Shown: positions 14,311 to 27,742, counted from the first letter of the stretch. The stretch: 64,000 nt of DNA from Octopus vulgaris (GCA_951406725.2 OX597816.1:32736001-32800000); one strand, 5' to 3'. The notes: generated from the letters alone by a model not told the origin. Numbers and translations are program-made.

Positions 14311-14505
14311 TTAGCTTCAAAACATGGCACACAGCCAACAATTTCAGGGGAGGGGAATCGATTACATCGAACTTGGTGTTCCACTGGTGCTTATTTTATC
14401 AACTCTGAAAGAATGAACGGCAAAGGCGACCCCAGTGGCATTTCAAATTAGAAGGTAAAGACGGACGAAATCCCGCTAAGTATTGTACCCTGTGGGCTTA
14501 ACAAT
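14311..14505 (-). mobile_element. SINE family B, diverged
   Basis: Collinear with 3915-4100 and with the reverse complement of 19498-19719. Confidence 0.75.
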
Positions 14506-14851
14506 TATAAATATTGAATACTAGTGTATATTGATAATATCTGTTTCCAATATTCTTCATTTCTTTCATATATGTACCTGTACATATGTTTATTTCATCG
14601 TATAAATCATTGAAAATTTCATGTGGTAATTACTCTCTGAATGTTGTTGACTTCAAAAGATAAACTCATACAAAGTGCAATGAAGTGAACTGACTCGATG
14701 AAGGCAGTGCAACACCTCGGTTGGACTCCAATGACTGAAAGTTGATAAAGAATAAACGAATTAATTATTCAATATTTCACGTTATACTGCGTGATAACAT
14801 ATTAGAAAATACGTTGGTATATGACCAAGTGTCATATGATCAAGTGTCATA

Positions 14852-15339
<488 letters not shown>

Positions 15340-16464
15340 TAGTATATTACTCCTCCGGTTTAATATATTATATTGAACACTGTAAAACAATGTAGGTGTT
15401 TAACTTTAGAAGATAACTGTCACTCAATCTTCTTCTATCGAAACAATGTGCCGCACGATGCTTTGTATATTAAAATAAATTATTCTTGGTGAAAATTGAC
15501 CAACATCTTCTCGTGGATAAGCGTTACATTATATAAACATACTATTTGTTTCCGTGACTTATACAACTATTTCTTGATAGTGACCCTAAGAAGAAGAATG
15601 CGTTATTGTAAGACTATGCATTTTGTCATATAATGTAATTATATCCACTCAAATGATAAAATTATTGTTTTAAAGTTTCTATTTGAAACGTATTGCAAAT
15701 AGCCATGACAAATTTACAGCTTAAGGCATAACCGTTTAAGGATAAAGTGTGAAAACCATTTATAATTTTCGTTTTTGCTTTCTCACCATTTACCATATTA
15801 TATCAGTTTTAAGAAGTAGATAAAATAAACTTTCCCTTTACAGTTTCTCAGCCACAGATGCAAAATCAATAAAGTTAACAGGTAATTGATAATGGTTATG
15901 CAACTGTTGAAAGAGTCAAGCCGCTTTCATTATCCAATGTCATTCAACCGGTGTGCATTCGTATATGCAGTATACGATGCTATAAAGTCAAAAAAAGGCA
16001 ATTGTGCTTGAAAATACCGAATAAAACTTGTGTCAACAATGTATTCGATGTACTTTAACGATGTTAGGCTGCATTAAAATAAATTTTGGAGAAACAAATT
16101 CGGAGTGAATTAGAAATATATAAATTACATTCAGTAATAATTGGTTTAGATCTCAGTTATAACATAGCTAGCGTTTATTGACTTGAAAATACAGGAAGAT
16201 ACGACAATGTGAAAAAAAAATCAATACGTATATTCGATAAATTTACAGAATACAGACATCTAATTAACTATGACAATCATTGAGAATTTATCGGTGATTC
16301 TATCGTAGCATTTTATTCTTCGATATTGTCTGCGAGATACATATCGAATACATTGGTTACACATAAAAAACAAACATTTCTATATATTCTACAGTAGGCG
16401 ACAAAATTAATAGTTAATGAAATAGCAAAACCAATATAATCCTCTTGCAGATACCTACGCACGG

Positions 16465-16514
<50 letters not shown>

Positions 16515-16723
16515 ATATATATATGTATGTTATATATGTATATATATATATATATATATAACATAAGGGACTAAAGCCATCTGAATATGGACAGGGCAGG
16601 GTGGTGGGGGTGTTACTGTTGCATTTAGCCCCAGGCGAACACCGACGTCGCCAGATAGGCCCGACACCATCACGGTGTCCTTTGACCTGCAAAGGGAGAT
16701 AATTCCCCGATGAAGCGAAACCA

Positions 16724-16769
16724 CACACGGACCATGGTTTCAAGGTGTATTGCCTATCGTCAACGTGTG
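16724..16769 (-). ncRNA. Type I hammerhead ribozyme fold (variant core), left-arm copy
   Basis: Exact reverse complement of 17262-17307. Confidence 0.78.
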
Positions 16770-17261
16770 GTAGGCCTCCGCTTCCTCGACGAAATCTCAC
16801 TCTGCAGGATATTCATATATAGATTATCAAGCAAAATACATTTGCTGATTTCGAAAATCTGTTCGACAGCAATAATAATTCTCTAAAAGAGATATAGACA
16901 GTAACTGCTCGATAACATAAGGGACTAAGGCCATCTGAAAGGGAGATAATTCCCCGATGAAGCGGAAACCACACACGGACCATGGTCAAAGGACACCGTG
17001 ATGGTGTCGGGCCTATCTGGCGACGTCGGTGTTCGCCTGGGGCTAAATGCAACAGTAACACCCCCATCACCCTGCCCTGTCCCTAGCCATATTCAGATGG
17101 CTTTAGTCCCTTATGTTATCGTGCAGTTACTGTCTATATATCTTTTAGAGAATTATTATTGCTGTCGAACAGATTTTCGAAATCAGCAAATGTATTTTGC
17201 TTGAAAATCTATATATGAATATCCTGCAGAGTGAGATTTCGTCGAGGAAGCGGAGGCCTAC

Positions 17262-17307
17262 CACACGTTGACGATAGGCAATACACCTTGAAACCATGGT
17301 CCGTGTG
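17262..17307 (+). ncRNA. Type I hammerhead ribozyme fold (variant core)
   Basis: CACACG-TTGACGA-T AGG CAATACA CCT T-GAAA-CCATGG-TC-CGTGTG. Stem I is CACACG/CGTGTG, stem II AGG/CCT, and stem III the palindrome ACCATGGT. The GUC triplet predicts a cut after 17301. Confidence 0.8.
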
Positions 17308-17548
17308 TGGTTTCCGCTTCATCGGGGAATTATCTCCCTTTGCAGGTCAAGGACACCGTGATGGTGTCGGGCCTATCTGGCGACGTCGGTGTTCGCCTGG
17401 GGCTAAATGCAACAGTAACACCCCCACCAACCTGCCCTGTCCCTAGCCATATTCAGATGGCTTTAGTCCCTTATGTTATCGAGCAGTTACTGTCTATATC
17501 TCTTTTAGAGAATTATTATTGCTATATATATATATATATATATATATG

Positions 17549-17602
<54 letters not shown>

Positions 17603-17670
17603 TATATATATAACATATATATATATGTATATATATGTATATATATATATATGTATGTATGTATGATATG

Positions 17671-17703
<33 letters not shown>

Positions 17704-17721
17704 GTATGTATGATATGTATT

Positions 17722-17823
<102 letters not shown>

Positions 17824-17871
17824 TAACATATATATATATATATATATAACAAATATATATATATATATATA

Positions 17872-18049
17872 CAGGTTTGGATAATTATTACCTGACAGTA
17901 AATCAAAACCATCTAAATCCGTGGGGTATTCATGTTTGACAACTGAATGAATTTAACAAACGCATCTAAATATGAAACATCATGATAATTGTTCAAATTA
18001 AAGTTCTTCTTGAGCGACACATTTGTGAAGGGTTACTTGTCTAACCCTG
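17872..18049. mobile_element. Small Tc1/mariner-type MITE
   Basis: TA|CAGGTTTGGATAATTA ... TACTTGTCTAACCCTG|TA: imperfect TIRs with TA flanks. Confidence 0.6.
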
Positions 18050-18157
18050 TATGTATACATATATATATATATACAGAGTTGGTTAAAAGTCACCCGTCAC
18101 TTCATCAAAATTCTATAAATACTATCTGTAATATAATATATCATTAATATATATACA

Positions 18158-18216
<59 letters not shown>

Positions 18217-19497
18217 CCGAGTACCAGCAATCAGAATTTATTATTCAGTACGACTGCTGTTACTGTATATACGTTTAAAATCTGCAATTATCAGTGGAGT
18301 ATATATAGAAAATGTTAATACGGTGATATGAACGGGCTTTATTCTATGTCACTCCAATTGCTTCAACGCATCATTATCACCTGTTAATTGCTGAATATCT
18401 CGTACCTAATACTGAGTAGTGCTTTGATATGAAACGTCTGGATCATTTTACATGCGTCTCCTCGCGTGAACACGCTCAAAGCACGATCGTATCAACTTGA
18501 GCTTGTCCACACTTTATGCCCATTCCGAAATATTTGTATTAGTATACTTCTGACCAGAGCGGAAAACGGAAAAAAGAGATGCAAATGAATGAAATATTTA
18601 AAGATAAGACTGTCACAAAAGTATCCTTATTAACAGTTACCCTTCTCATGCATTCACTTCAATGAATAGCAGTGGCATATGCTGTCTTAGTTAACTTAGA
18701 GTGATTTGAAAATTTATCTCCTTTAAGAATTAATTTTAGATGCATCTTATAACTACACAGTGGAAATTCTGTTGCTGTAGAGGTCATTCAGATATGATAT
18801 TTATCTAACAAATTTACTTGCCCACATTTCTACTTATATATATGCATTTATTCAACACGAATGCACACACATGTATACATTCACACATATATTCATGCAA
18901 GCATATGCACACATTTCATCCTCATCAATGCATATCCATTGATGCTACACTACACATAGAACCTGCAGTGACACTCATATATGAATAATTTTTTACTATT
19001 CCTAACATCCATTTCAAATTATGAGTTTATATTTGAAAAAGGAAGTGAATTGCACAGGGAAAATTTATATGATTTGTTCGTAGAGACCTACATAGTTCTA
19101 CAAAGCGTAACATGTCTATTCACGAACAATAATACCTCGATAGCAATACATTCAATATTCATACTATAATTATACCTCGTAAGTGCATATACATTTATAC
19201 TTTTATGAAAAGATATCTACTGATAGAGAATTCAGTCCGCAATCTGCCGAAGTCGAGTCAGACCATGTTGATGAGTCAATGTGAATTGCGAAACTGTCGT
19301 AAGTATAAGGAAGTCTTGTTCGGTGTTATGGGTGATAATATTCCCTAACAGTATATATGTATACAATTATGTGCTTTCACTACTGCATGTGAACAATTTA
19401 TATTTTAATTCTTGCAATGCATGTGTTTCTAACAAACTAGTCATATTTATGTATGTATATGTATGTAGCTATGTATACGCGTCTATATATTTAGTGT

Positions 19498-19719
19498 GGT
19501 AGAAACGTTAGCACGCCGGGCGAGATTCGTAGCCGTATTTCGTCTGTCGTTACGTTCCGAGTTCAAATTCCGCCGAGGTCGACTTTGCCTTTCATCCTTT
19601 CGGGGTCGATAAATTAAGTACCAGTTACGCACTGGGGTCGATGTAGTCGACTTAATCCCTTTGTCTGTCCTTGTGTGTCCCCTCTGTGTTTAGCCCCTTG
19701 TGGGTAGTAAAGAAATATA
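19498..19719 (+). mobile_element. SINE family B, young copy with TSD
   Basis: B box GAGTTCAAATTCC and central GCCTTTCATCCTTTCGGGGTCGATAAATTAAGTACC, which resembles the Meta-SINE type conserved domain (recall). 14-bp TSD TATATATTTAGTGT at 19484-19497 and 19720-19733. Confidence 0.92.
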
Positions 19720-20190
19720 TATATATTTAGTGTATATATGTATAGTAAAGATGGTTCGATATGTGCATATACTACTAAATGTATATGTAATCCAGCGTAA
19801 AAAATTATAAAAAAGGTTAAGACTTTTCATGTATTTCATTATTAGTATTTTACAGCTAATTATTTACCCTTTATAACAAATTTCTTCGATTTTTATAAGC
19901 TGATTTGATACCACAATTTGCAACGGGTCATTATAAACACCTTTAGTTGAAAGAACCAATGAAATAAAACCCATTTCAAATGTGTATCTATCAAACTAAT
20001 TCTATATATTTGCTTATAGCCTTATTTGTGTTCCATTCTAAACAAAATTGTCTGACGAACGGGAACTTGAAGCTCTGAGTAACAGTTTCTGTGATATATT
20101 TGCGGCTTTTTAATAAAATATATTACTCTACCTTAGATATTCGAGCACTATTTTTTCCACCTTGTTTCGCATTGATATGCTTACACTGGT

Positions 20191-20241
<51 letters not shown>

Positions 20242-20254
20242 TACATGTTTTGCT

Positions 20255-20460
20255 CTGTTACTTGTTCCAGTAATTTCAATGTAGCCATGCTGCAAAGCCG
20301 CCTCTAAAACAAGATATTGACCACATGACTTATTTTCTGTAACCCTTGCACTCATTCTATCGGCCGCTGTTGCGGAAGTGCAAATTTACGGGGATGTAAA
20401 CACCAACATCGGTTATCAAACAATGGTGGTGGTGGTGATGGGGCAAACACCGACACACAA
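20255..20460 (-). mobile_element. SINE family A 3' half, diverged
   Basis: The reverse complement resembles the A-family tail (GAT.ACCGATGTTGGTGTTTACATCCCCGTAA..GCCGATAGAATGAGT..GCGG..CAGCATGGCT). Confidence 0.7.
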
Positions 20461-20491
20461 GTATATATATATACATGTACACACACATGCC

Positions 20492-20550
<59 letters not shown>

Positions 20551-20638
20551 ATATGTACATACATCTTTCTATCATATATTTATTATCATTTACTTGCTTC
20601 AATCATTAAACCGCGGGTATTCAAGTGCAACGTATATA

Positions 20639-21508
20639 TAGGTTGCATTGGGTAAATTGTCACCATGTTATATTTTCAGTTTTTCCCGTGCGCATTGTTT
20701 GTTTATAATTTTGTCGACTATACATTATAGTAGAGTCAGTTGTCACTGTCTGTGAGAAAAACAGCTCCATGATGGAATTCTCTCAGTCAGAAATTTGGAA
20801 ACATGCTGTACTACTTGGCATTCGCACCGAAAGCTCCAATAAGAATATTTCAGAGTGTACGGCTGTCAATCTGGGGACTGTGACACCTGACGACATGTAC
20901 CGAGAATGATAAATATAAAATATCAAGGTAACATCATTGTGGTTGGAGTGATGGCTAGCGATGGCGATGTTATGCATCCATACACCTTCCCAAACGGTCT
21001 CAGATTCAACACGGAGGCCTACATGAAGGGCGTGGAGGAGGTAGTGCTGCCCTGGCTCAAATGGTGTGGCTAACGGAAGAACCTATATCTTGCAACAAGA
21101 CTATCCACTATACCACACAAACAAGAGAACCTAGTCATGAGTCTAAGACAGTTTCTGCGATCACATCACCACTTAACTCCCCAGATTGCAACCACTTAGA
21201 TTATTATGCCTGGGAAGCAGTTGAGTGAAAGATCAACATAATTGTTTGTAACACGAAAGATGGCCTGAAAGCAAGGATTATGGCAGCATTACCAACGTAA
21301 ACAACGACATCATCAAGAACTGTTGCAGGAGATTCTGAAGTCGACTAGAGCCCGTGGTTGAGGCCAATGGTGATTTCATTGAATATATTTAGTCCTCAGT
21401 ATTTTTAAATATGTTTATGTAATTTTGGTAGATATATCTGTAAAATGAAACATCAGTGTTATTTTCATTTTAGCGCAAGTTATACGACAGTTTATTCACC
21501 GAACCCTG
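20639..21508 (+). mobile_element. Tc1/mariner (maT/DD37D-like) transposon remnant
   Basis: Broken translation SDGDVMHPYTFPNGLRFNTEAYMKGVEEVVLPWL..YILQQD..HT..NSPDCNHLDYYAWEAVE. Imperfect TIRs TAGGTTGCATTGGGTAAATTGTC / GACAGTTTATTCACCGAACCCTG with TA flanks. Confidence 0.85.
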
Positions 21509-22798
21509 TACGTATACGTATACAAACTCACATAAGTTAATGTATGTATGATCATGTAGTAAAAAATAAAATTATGCTCTCATACACATATATGCATACG
21601 TTTATGTATATAAAAGAGAAAAATAAATTAAACATATATATATATATATTTACGTGTGTATATATATTTACGTGGATTACTTTTTGCATACATAGCTGTA
21701 TTCATATAAGTTTATGTGTGTGCGAAATTGTTCTTGAGTATGAGTCTATGTTTATATATATATATTAATATGTTGATGAGTATCTGTGTTTCTGGCTTTA
21801 TATAATATGAATGATTACTTGTATAAAAACAGAAAAAGAAATTAGACAAATCTATTCAGAATAAAAATGAATATGCTTGTAGATATTTTTTTAAACATTG
21901 GAGTAAACTGAAAATAACTTCAACATTAGAAACATTTTATATTTCAAAAAGAGATTTTAATGAAAAAAAATCTAAATGCCAGTAAATAATATAAATGGAA
22001 ATATGTATATACGCAGCAGATGTTATTGTAACTTTTTGTATTGTTTATATTCAATTTCGATTTCAAAAAGTTTTATTTCTCTCTCTAACAATTTTTGCAT
22101 AATTTTATTCTACAAAATATCGGAAATGTTGCATTTCATATTCAAGTAAATAATTTTAATTTGTGTAAAGCTAAAATGGCGCGTTACCGGAAGTTAATAA
22201 ATATAATAGGAACGATTCGCATATTACTGTAGTCCTTACTAGATATATTTTATGTATAAATATTAGTATGCGTATTAGGTATTTTTCTATGTATGAATAT
22301 AAATGCGATGAATGAATGTTATGCATTTGTGTACATTGTGTATTTTCGTGTTTAGATACTCTCAACTCCTGTTTGATTCTTTAAATATTTTCAATAACGA
22401 AACTGTTGGTAAACTCAAGAGAGAAGTTATAAATGTATGATCAGTAGTCATAAATTTTAGTTTAGGAAAATCGTGACAAATCTCAGTCGGTCTACATACA
22501 TAGTAGGGACCACATAGCAGGTTGAGTGGTGTTCAAGGAGCGCAGAGTGATACACACCCACCAGATATAAAGAATAAAGTAATAATGAGGTGCAATGATT
22601 AATAGCGAAGACGCAATTAATTTTATACTTTCACTATTACTACCACAAGCATTCTTACTCTACTTTCAACAAATACAAGGGACGTTTAAAGTCATTTGTG
22701 CTTGTGTGTCAGACTAAGTAAAAGCACCGGCGAGTGTATATAAATAAACACTCACACACATATATATGTATATATGTATGTATATATTTATATATATT

Positions 22799-22872
<74 letters not shown>

Positions 22873-22873
<1 letters not shown>

Positions 22874-23260
22874 GGAATGGAAGTACTCCGTCGGTTACGA
22901 CGACGAGGGTTCCGGTTGATCCGAATCAACGGAACAGCCTGCTCGTGAAATTAACGTGTAAGTGGCTGAGCACTCCACAGACACCTGTACCCTTAACGTA
23001 GTTCTCGGGGATATTCAGCGTGATATAGAGAGTGACAATGCCGGCCCTTTGAAATACAGGCACAACAGAAACAGGAAGTAAGAGTGAGAGAAAGTTGTGG
23101 TGAAAGAGTACAGTAGAGATCACCACTATCCCCTGCTGAAGCCGCGTAGAGCTTTAGGTGTTTTCGCTCAATAAACACTCACAACGCCCGGTCTGGGAAT
23201 CGAAACCGCGATCCTATGACCGCGAGTCCTCTGCCCTAACCACTGGGCCATTGCGCCTCT
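22873..23260 (-). mobile_element. SINE family C, full length
   Basis: tRNA-like head at 23190-23260 near-identical to 9865-9935; inserted in a (TATG)n tract. Confidence 0.9.
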
Positions 23261-23334
23261 AATGTATGTATGTATGTATGTATGCATGTATGTATGTATG
23301 TATGTATGTATGTATGTATGCATGCATCCTCAGC

Positions 23335-23710
23335 ATAGTCATTAGACTGCGGTGGTATTGCGATATAAATTTCAAGTTTCTTTTTAGCCGATTAAATCCA
23401 CCCAACACATTCTAAAGGCTCTTTTGCCGAGTCGCTGTGTTAGGGGCACGTAAACGTAACAACACTGGCTCTCAACGGGAGGTAGCGAAATAAAACAGAG
23501 ACAAAGCCAACACATACACACACACACTCACACACATACACACACACACTCACACACATACACACACAGAATGGAATATGTAAGTATATATATATATGGC
23601 ATGATTCTTTTCAGTTTCCGTTTGCTAAACCTATTCACAAGGCGTAAATGGATCTAAATCAGTGTGGTTATAATGGGAACCAAAGTTGTTAGGAAAGAAT
23701 TTTTACTGCA
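23335..23710 (-). mobile_element. SINE family A, highly diverged
   Basis: CTTTTCAGTTTCCGTTTGCTAAACCTATTCACAAGGC, internal (CA)n and CTCTTTTGCCGA match the reverse complement of family A. Confidence 0.6.
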
Positions 23711-23714
23711 CACT

Positions 23715-23900
23715 GCACATGGCCTAGTGGTTAGAGCAGCGGTCTGGCGGCGGTCGATGGATCACGGGTTAGAATGTCAGATAGGGCGATATGTATGGTT
23801 ATGAGGGAAACACCTAAACTCCATGCGGCTCCGACAGAAGATAATGCGGAACTTATGCTGACTCTTTCGCACACATTTTTCTCACTCTTTCTTCATGCAT
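23715..23900 (+). mobile_element. SINE family C-related, diverged
   Basis: ATGGCCTAGTGGTTAGAGCAGCGG..GGATCACGGGTT..AAACACCTAAACTCCA..ACTCTTTC is collinear with family C. Confidence 0.65.
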
Positions 23901-24499
23901 CTACCAGATCACCTGCAATGGACCGGCGTTCCGTCCAGGTGGGGAACCTTTACGCCAATTAAACCAGAAAACTTGCCCTTATGTACAAAGCATGGCTCTA
24001 GATGGAACAAGCAACACCAAAATCCTCGCCTGCAAGTGTGTGCGTACGCGTACATATTTGTGTATAGCTTTTCTCAAGTAATGTACAGATTTTATACATT
24101 AAGCAAAAAAGATATTTAGAATTTGTGGTCTATTATGTTTTAAGCTCTTTCATCTCGGTGTACAGATTCATCCAATGTGATTATTTGGAGAAAATGTATG
24201 CCTTTTATACATATGTGAATTCCTTGAAAACTCTGGAGTTTAATTGGAAAGCGAATGTTCTTTGTTATTTTCAATCTATGTGTGAACTGTCATCATCTTG
24301 AACAATCAATTTGAATTATCCCATAAAAGATAACTTTCTAGAGCTGGATAACTTATGTTAGTATTTATATGCATTTTATTCTCAAGATTCTTGTAAAATA
24401 ATAAAGCATAGGCGCATGGTTGTAGGACCTGTCCCACGCCGTTTCAATTAAGGAAGATATCTTGCCCAAGTATGTATGTCTATATCAATGTGTGTATGT

Positions 24500-24700
24500 T
24501 CTTGTAATTGCTTTCATCCCTCACCACAACTTGACAGCCGATTTTTTGTCTACGGCTCTGGAAATTAGCGTTTCGGTTTAAGAAACCGATAGAATAAGGA
24601 TCAAATTTCAAAATAAGTATCAGTATCAATGTCTTCGAGTAAACCTTGAAGAGAGTGCTTCATCATGGCTACAAGTAAGTGAAAAACACAAAAGATAAAT
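24500..24700 (+). mobile_element. SINE family A 3' half, diverged
   Basis: CTTGACAGCCGAT..TTAGCGTTTCGG..ACCGATAGAATAAG..GTGCTTCATCATGGCT. Confidence 0.6.
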
Positions 24701-25479
24701 CTGCATTGATTTTCAGCTGAGTATTCGTATTAGCAATTTACGTCAACGGAGTTATAGCTTCTGTAATTAGTTCAAAATTTGCTTATTATCCACCACTTCT
24801 GTAGGATCATTTTAATAGCAATATCGGATGCTAATTTCAGTTATACGTAACAATAAATCAGTAGGCATTAAATAGATTGTAGAAAATGCTTTTGCAGCAA
24901 ACCTAGGATGCAATTTCGGTGAATGACGAAGATACTAATTAAGAAGCGGAAATACTGGTGCTCGGTAAAAGAAATGCTTATGTAGCATTTCAATTTACTT
25001 AAATGGAAAATATATTCGTGTCAAAATCAATAAATCAATGATAGAATTTACTATATATGTTGACAATATCTATAATTCTCCCAAATACACTATGGAGTTA
25101 ATCATGCCCTACAAAATTAACCTTCCTCGAACAATGAGTTTCCATGCATGAAAAATGCATGTAAGATTATATTCCTTTTCGCTTGGGCATTCTAAAATTC
25201 AGACACATTTTACAAGTTCTTTTGTTTTATTCTGACATGAGTACTTCATGTTTCTAAGAATTGCTGACTAAATAGAAGCTTTCCTTAGGAGACTGTGATT
25301 TATATATGATTTATACAAATAATTTTATTGACGAGTGCTTACTAAACGATACATCAAATAAGACTGTTATAATATTTTCTAAACAATTACTATACCAAAG
25401 CTAATATTTGAACATAGTTACTTTCATTTGTTCAAATAAGTAAATAATTCTACAAACACACCCACATACATACATGCAT

Positions 25480-25563
<84 letters not shown>

Positions 25564-25614
25564 ACATAGAGGTACATCCATACTTACATTTCATATATAA
25601 ATGCATACGTATAC

Positions 25615-25680
<66 letters not shown>

Positions 25681-26675
25681 ATTTCGATATTTCTCATTAA
25701 TTTCTCTTGAAAATAGTGTAATTTGCTTGCGTGTTTTTACTTTGATGTCCATTAATTAAAACCCCGTTCATTATGCACTTAACTGATATATAGTAGATGA
25801 ATATATTATTTATTAATCAATATGTTACTAATTAAAACTGTGCAGGAACTAAATATGATTTCCATTCATTAATTTATTGCAAATGAATTAATCAGATAGC
25901 GATAGGTACAAGAATCAGATCCAGTATTAACAACGCATACATACGACACACCTACACACACACTTACACGCAGGCACACATACATACATACATGCACAAA
26001 AACAAACACTTACATACAGATATACGTATATACATATATACGTACCATCTTCTGGACATATATTCATACGCACATATATACTACATGGTGCTCCGTGAAA
26101 TGTATTTGAACTTTGCATGTGACCGCTTCGATTCGGTGATTGTGAACTAAAGGAAATATTATTGATTATTATTATTGTTGTTTCTTCATTTTGCGATATG
26201 TCCGTCGTATTGGTTATGAACTCCAAGTGGACTATATTGATTTTAAAATAGTCGTCGTTTCTTACACATGTAAATGCAATACAGAGAAGAAATATTCAAT
26301 TGTTATGGAACCAAAGAAGTCCAGTGTTTTTTGTTACACAATCTGATAAAGTAACGACAGAAGTTTTCGTAAACCGCAGTAATCCAATGTCACTTCGGGA
26401 AACAGAAACCTAGACGTGCGAAAACATCGTGTGATATAGGCTTTTAAAATTATTGATTGATTGTTTATCCGAAATCGAATCTAAACCGATGCTCAACAGC
26501 TCTCTGTAATAATAAAATTCTGTTAATTATCTATAATAGGTACCGAGATGTAATATCATAGGAATATTCTACGGGCAATTTAATGTTTGAATGTTTACTA
26601 ATTACCGGAAAATATGTTGCATTACGTGTGTGCAATGCTTGGATGAATATATGTATTTATATGTATGTATGCATT

Positions 26676-26710
<35 letters not shown>

Positions 26711-26712
26711 GC

Positions 26713-26775
<63 letters not shown>

Positions 26776-26776
<1 letters not shown>

Positions 26777-26806
26777 TAGCTTAAGGTGACCTGCTCTACG
26801 CGCGGG
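26776..26806 (-). mobile_element. Probable Helitron 3' terminus
   Basis: Minus strand CCCGCGCGTAGAGCAGG (imperfect GC-rich hairpin), about 10 nt, then CTAG followed by T. Confidence 0.5.
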
Positions 26807-27600
26807 TAAGTGTGTGGTTGTTACTTTCTGTTGCTTCCTTTCTGATTTTTTATCACATCATTCTCCCTCTTTGTTTCTCTCTCACTTTCCCACTCTCTTA
26901 CTTTTCATTTCTCTCGGACTCTCACTCGCTTTCTCTTACTCTCTATGTTTCTCTACCTATCTCTATCCCGTTTATAAACAACAAAAGATCTTGTGTAAGT
27001 TGAGGCAGAAAAATATTTTGAAAGATCAATCATAAATATCAGACAGTGACAACGAAAAGGTCTGCTTCAAGGCAGACAGCAAAACACCATCATTTAAAAG
27101 GGACAGACAAACTTGCGAGCTGAATAAAAATAGAACAAATATTGGAACCCAAAGTTTGAAGGGATAGAATCTGAGAATAGTAGAGACATCATGGCTGGCA
27201 GTATAACGGCTGGCGTAAAATTTTGAACTTGATATAAAAGAAAATTCTTAAACACCAAGTTTTGAAGTGATTCTTTCTCACGACAGTAGACTCACGACTG
27301 CAAGCATTCAAAACTTCTTCATCATCGACGGCAACACATTGAAGATTTAAAGGCTGGCTAAAATTTTTAGCTTGATGTAACAGAGAATTAACACCCGCTG
27401 CTGTAAATTTCAATCCCCTTCCAGCCCCATTTAGACCCCTTTTCACATTTTGGTTAATATAACCCGATTTCATTCAGGTCTACTCGGCCACATTTTATGA
27501 GATGAGGAATTTTGTCCTTGAGGTCACGCCTTTCATTTCAGGAAAAACATAATTGTAGAGGTTTGCATATCTTCAGCTCAACCGACCATATAATGCACAC

Positions 27601-27639
<39 letters not shown>

Positions 27640-27655
27640 GTATATATATATATAT

Positions 27656-27742
<87 letters not shown>

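Larger units (their letters stand above)
16559..17522. mobile_element. Tandem plus inverted array of a 360-bp hammerhead-containing unit (candidate non-LTR retrozyme)
   Basis: The right arm has period 360 (GGACACC at 16991 and 17351; about 1.5 units). The left arm is the reverse complement with period 354 (ACATAA at 16561 and 16915). (TA)n flanks both sides, and there is no credible ORF. Confidence 0.85.

Noticed and set aside
15844-15881. 38-nt AG..GT micro-exon candidate
   Set aside because: Splice-like signals alone are expected by chance, and there is no peptide evidence.
17030-17060. HDV-like GGCTAA motif
   Set aside because: No consistent P1/P2/P3 nested pseudoknot could be built by eye.
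17070-17110. Twister-like loop TGTCCCTAGCCA
   Set aside because: P2 and the T1 pseudoknot partner cannot be formed, and a competing AGCCAT/ATGGCT hairpin fits better.
16513-17666. Duplicated ORFs MRFRRGSGG... and MVSGLSGD...
   Set aside because: They are by-products of the repeat; frames differ between copies and run into TA tracts.
20052-20190. CTGACGA motif in a Penelope-terminus-like context
   Set aside because: The GAAA box is missing, so the fold cannot be supported.
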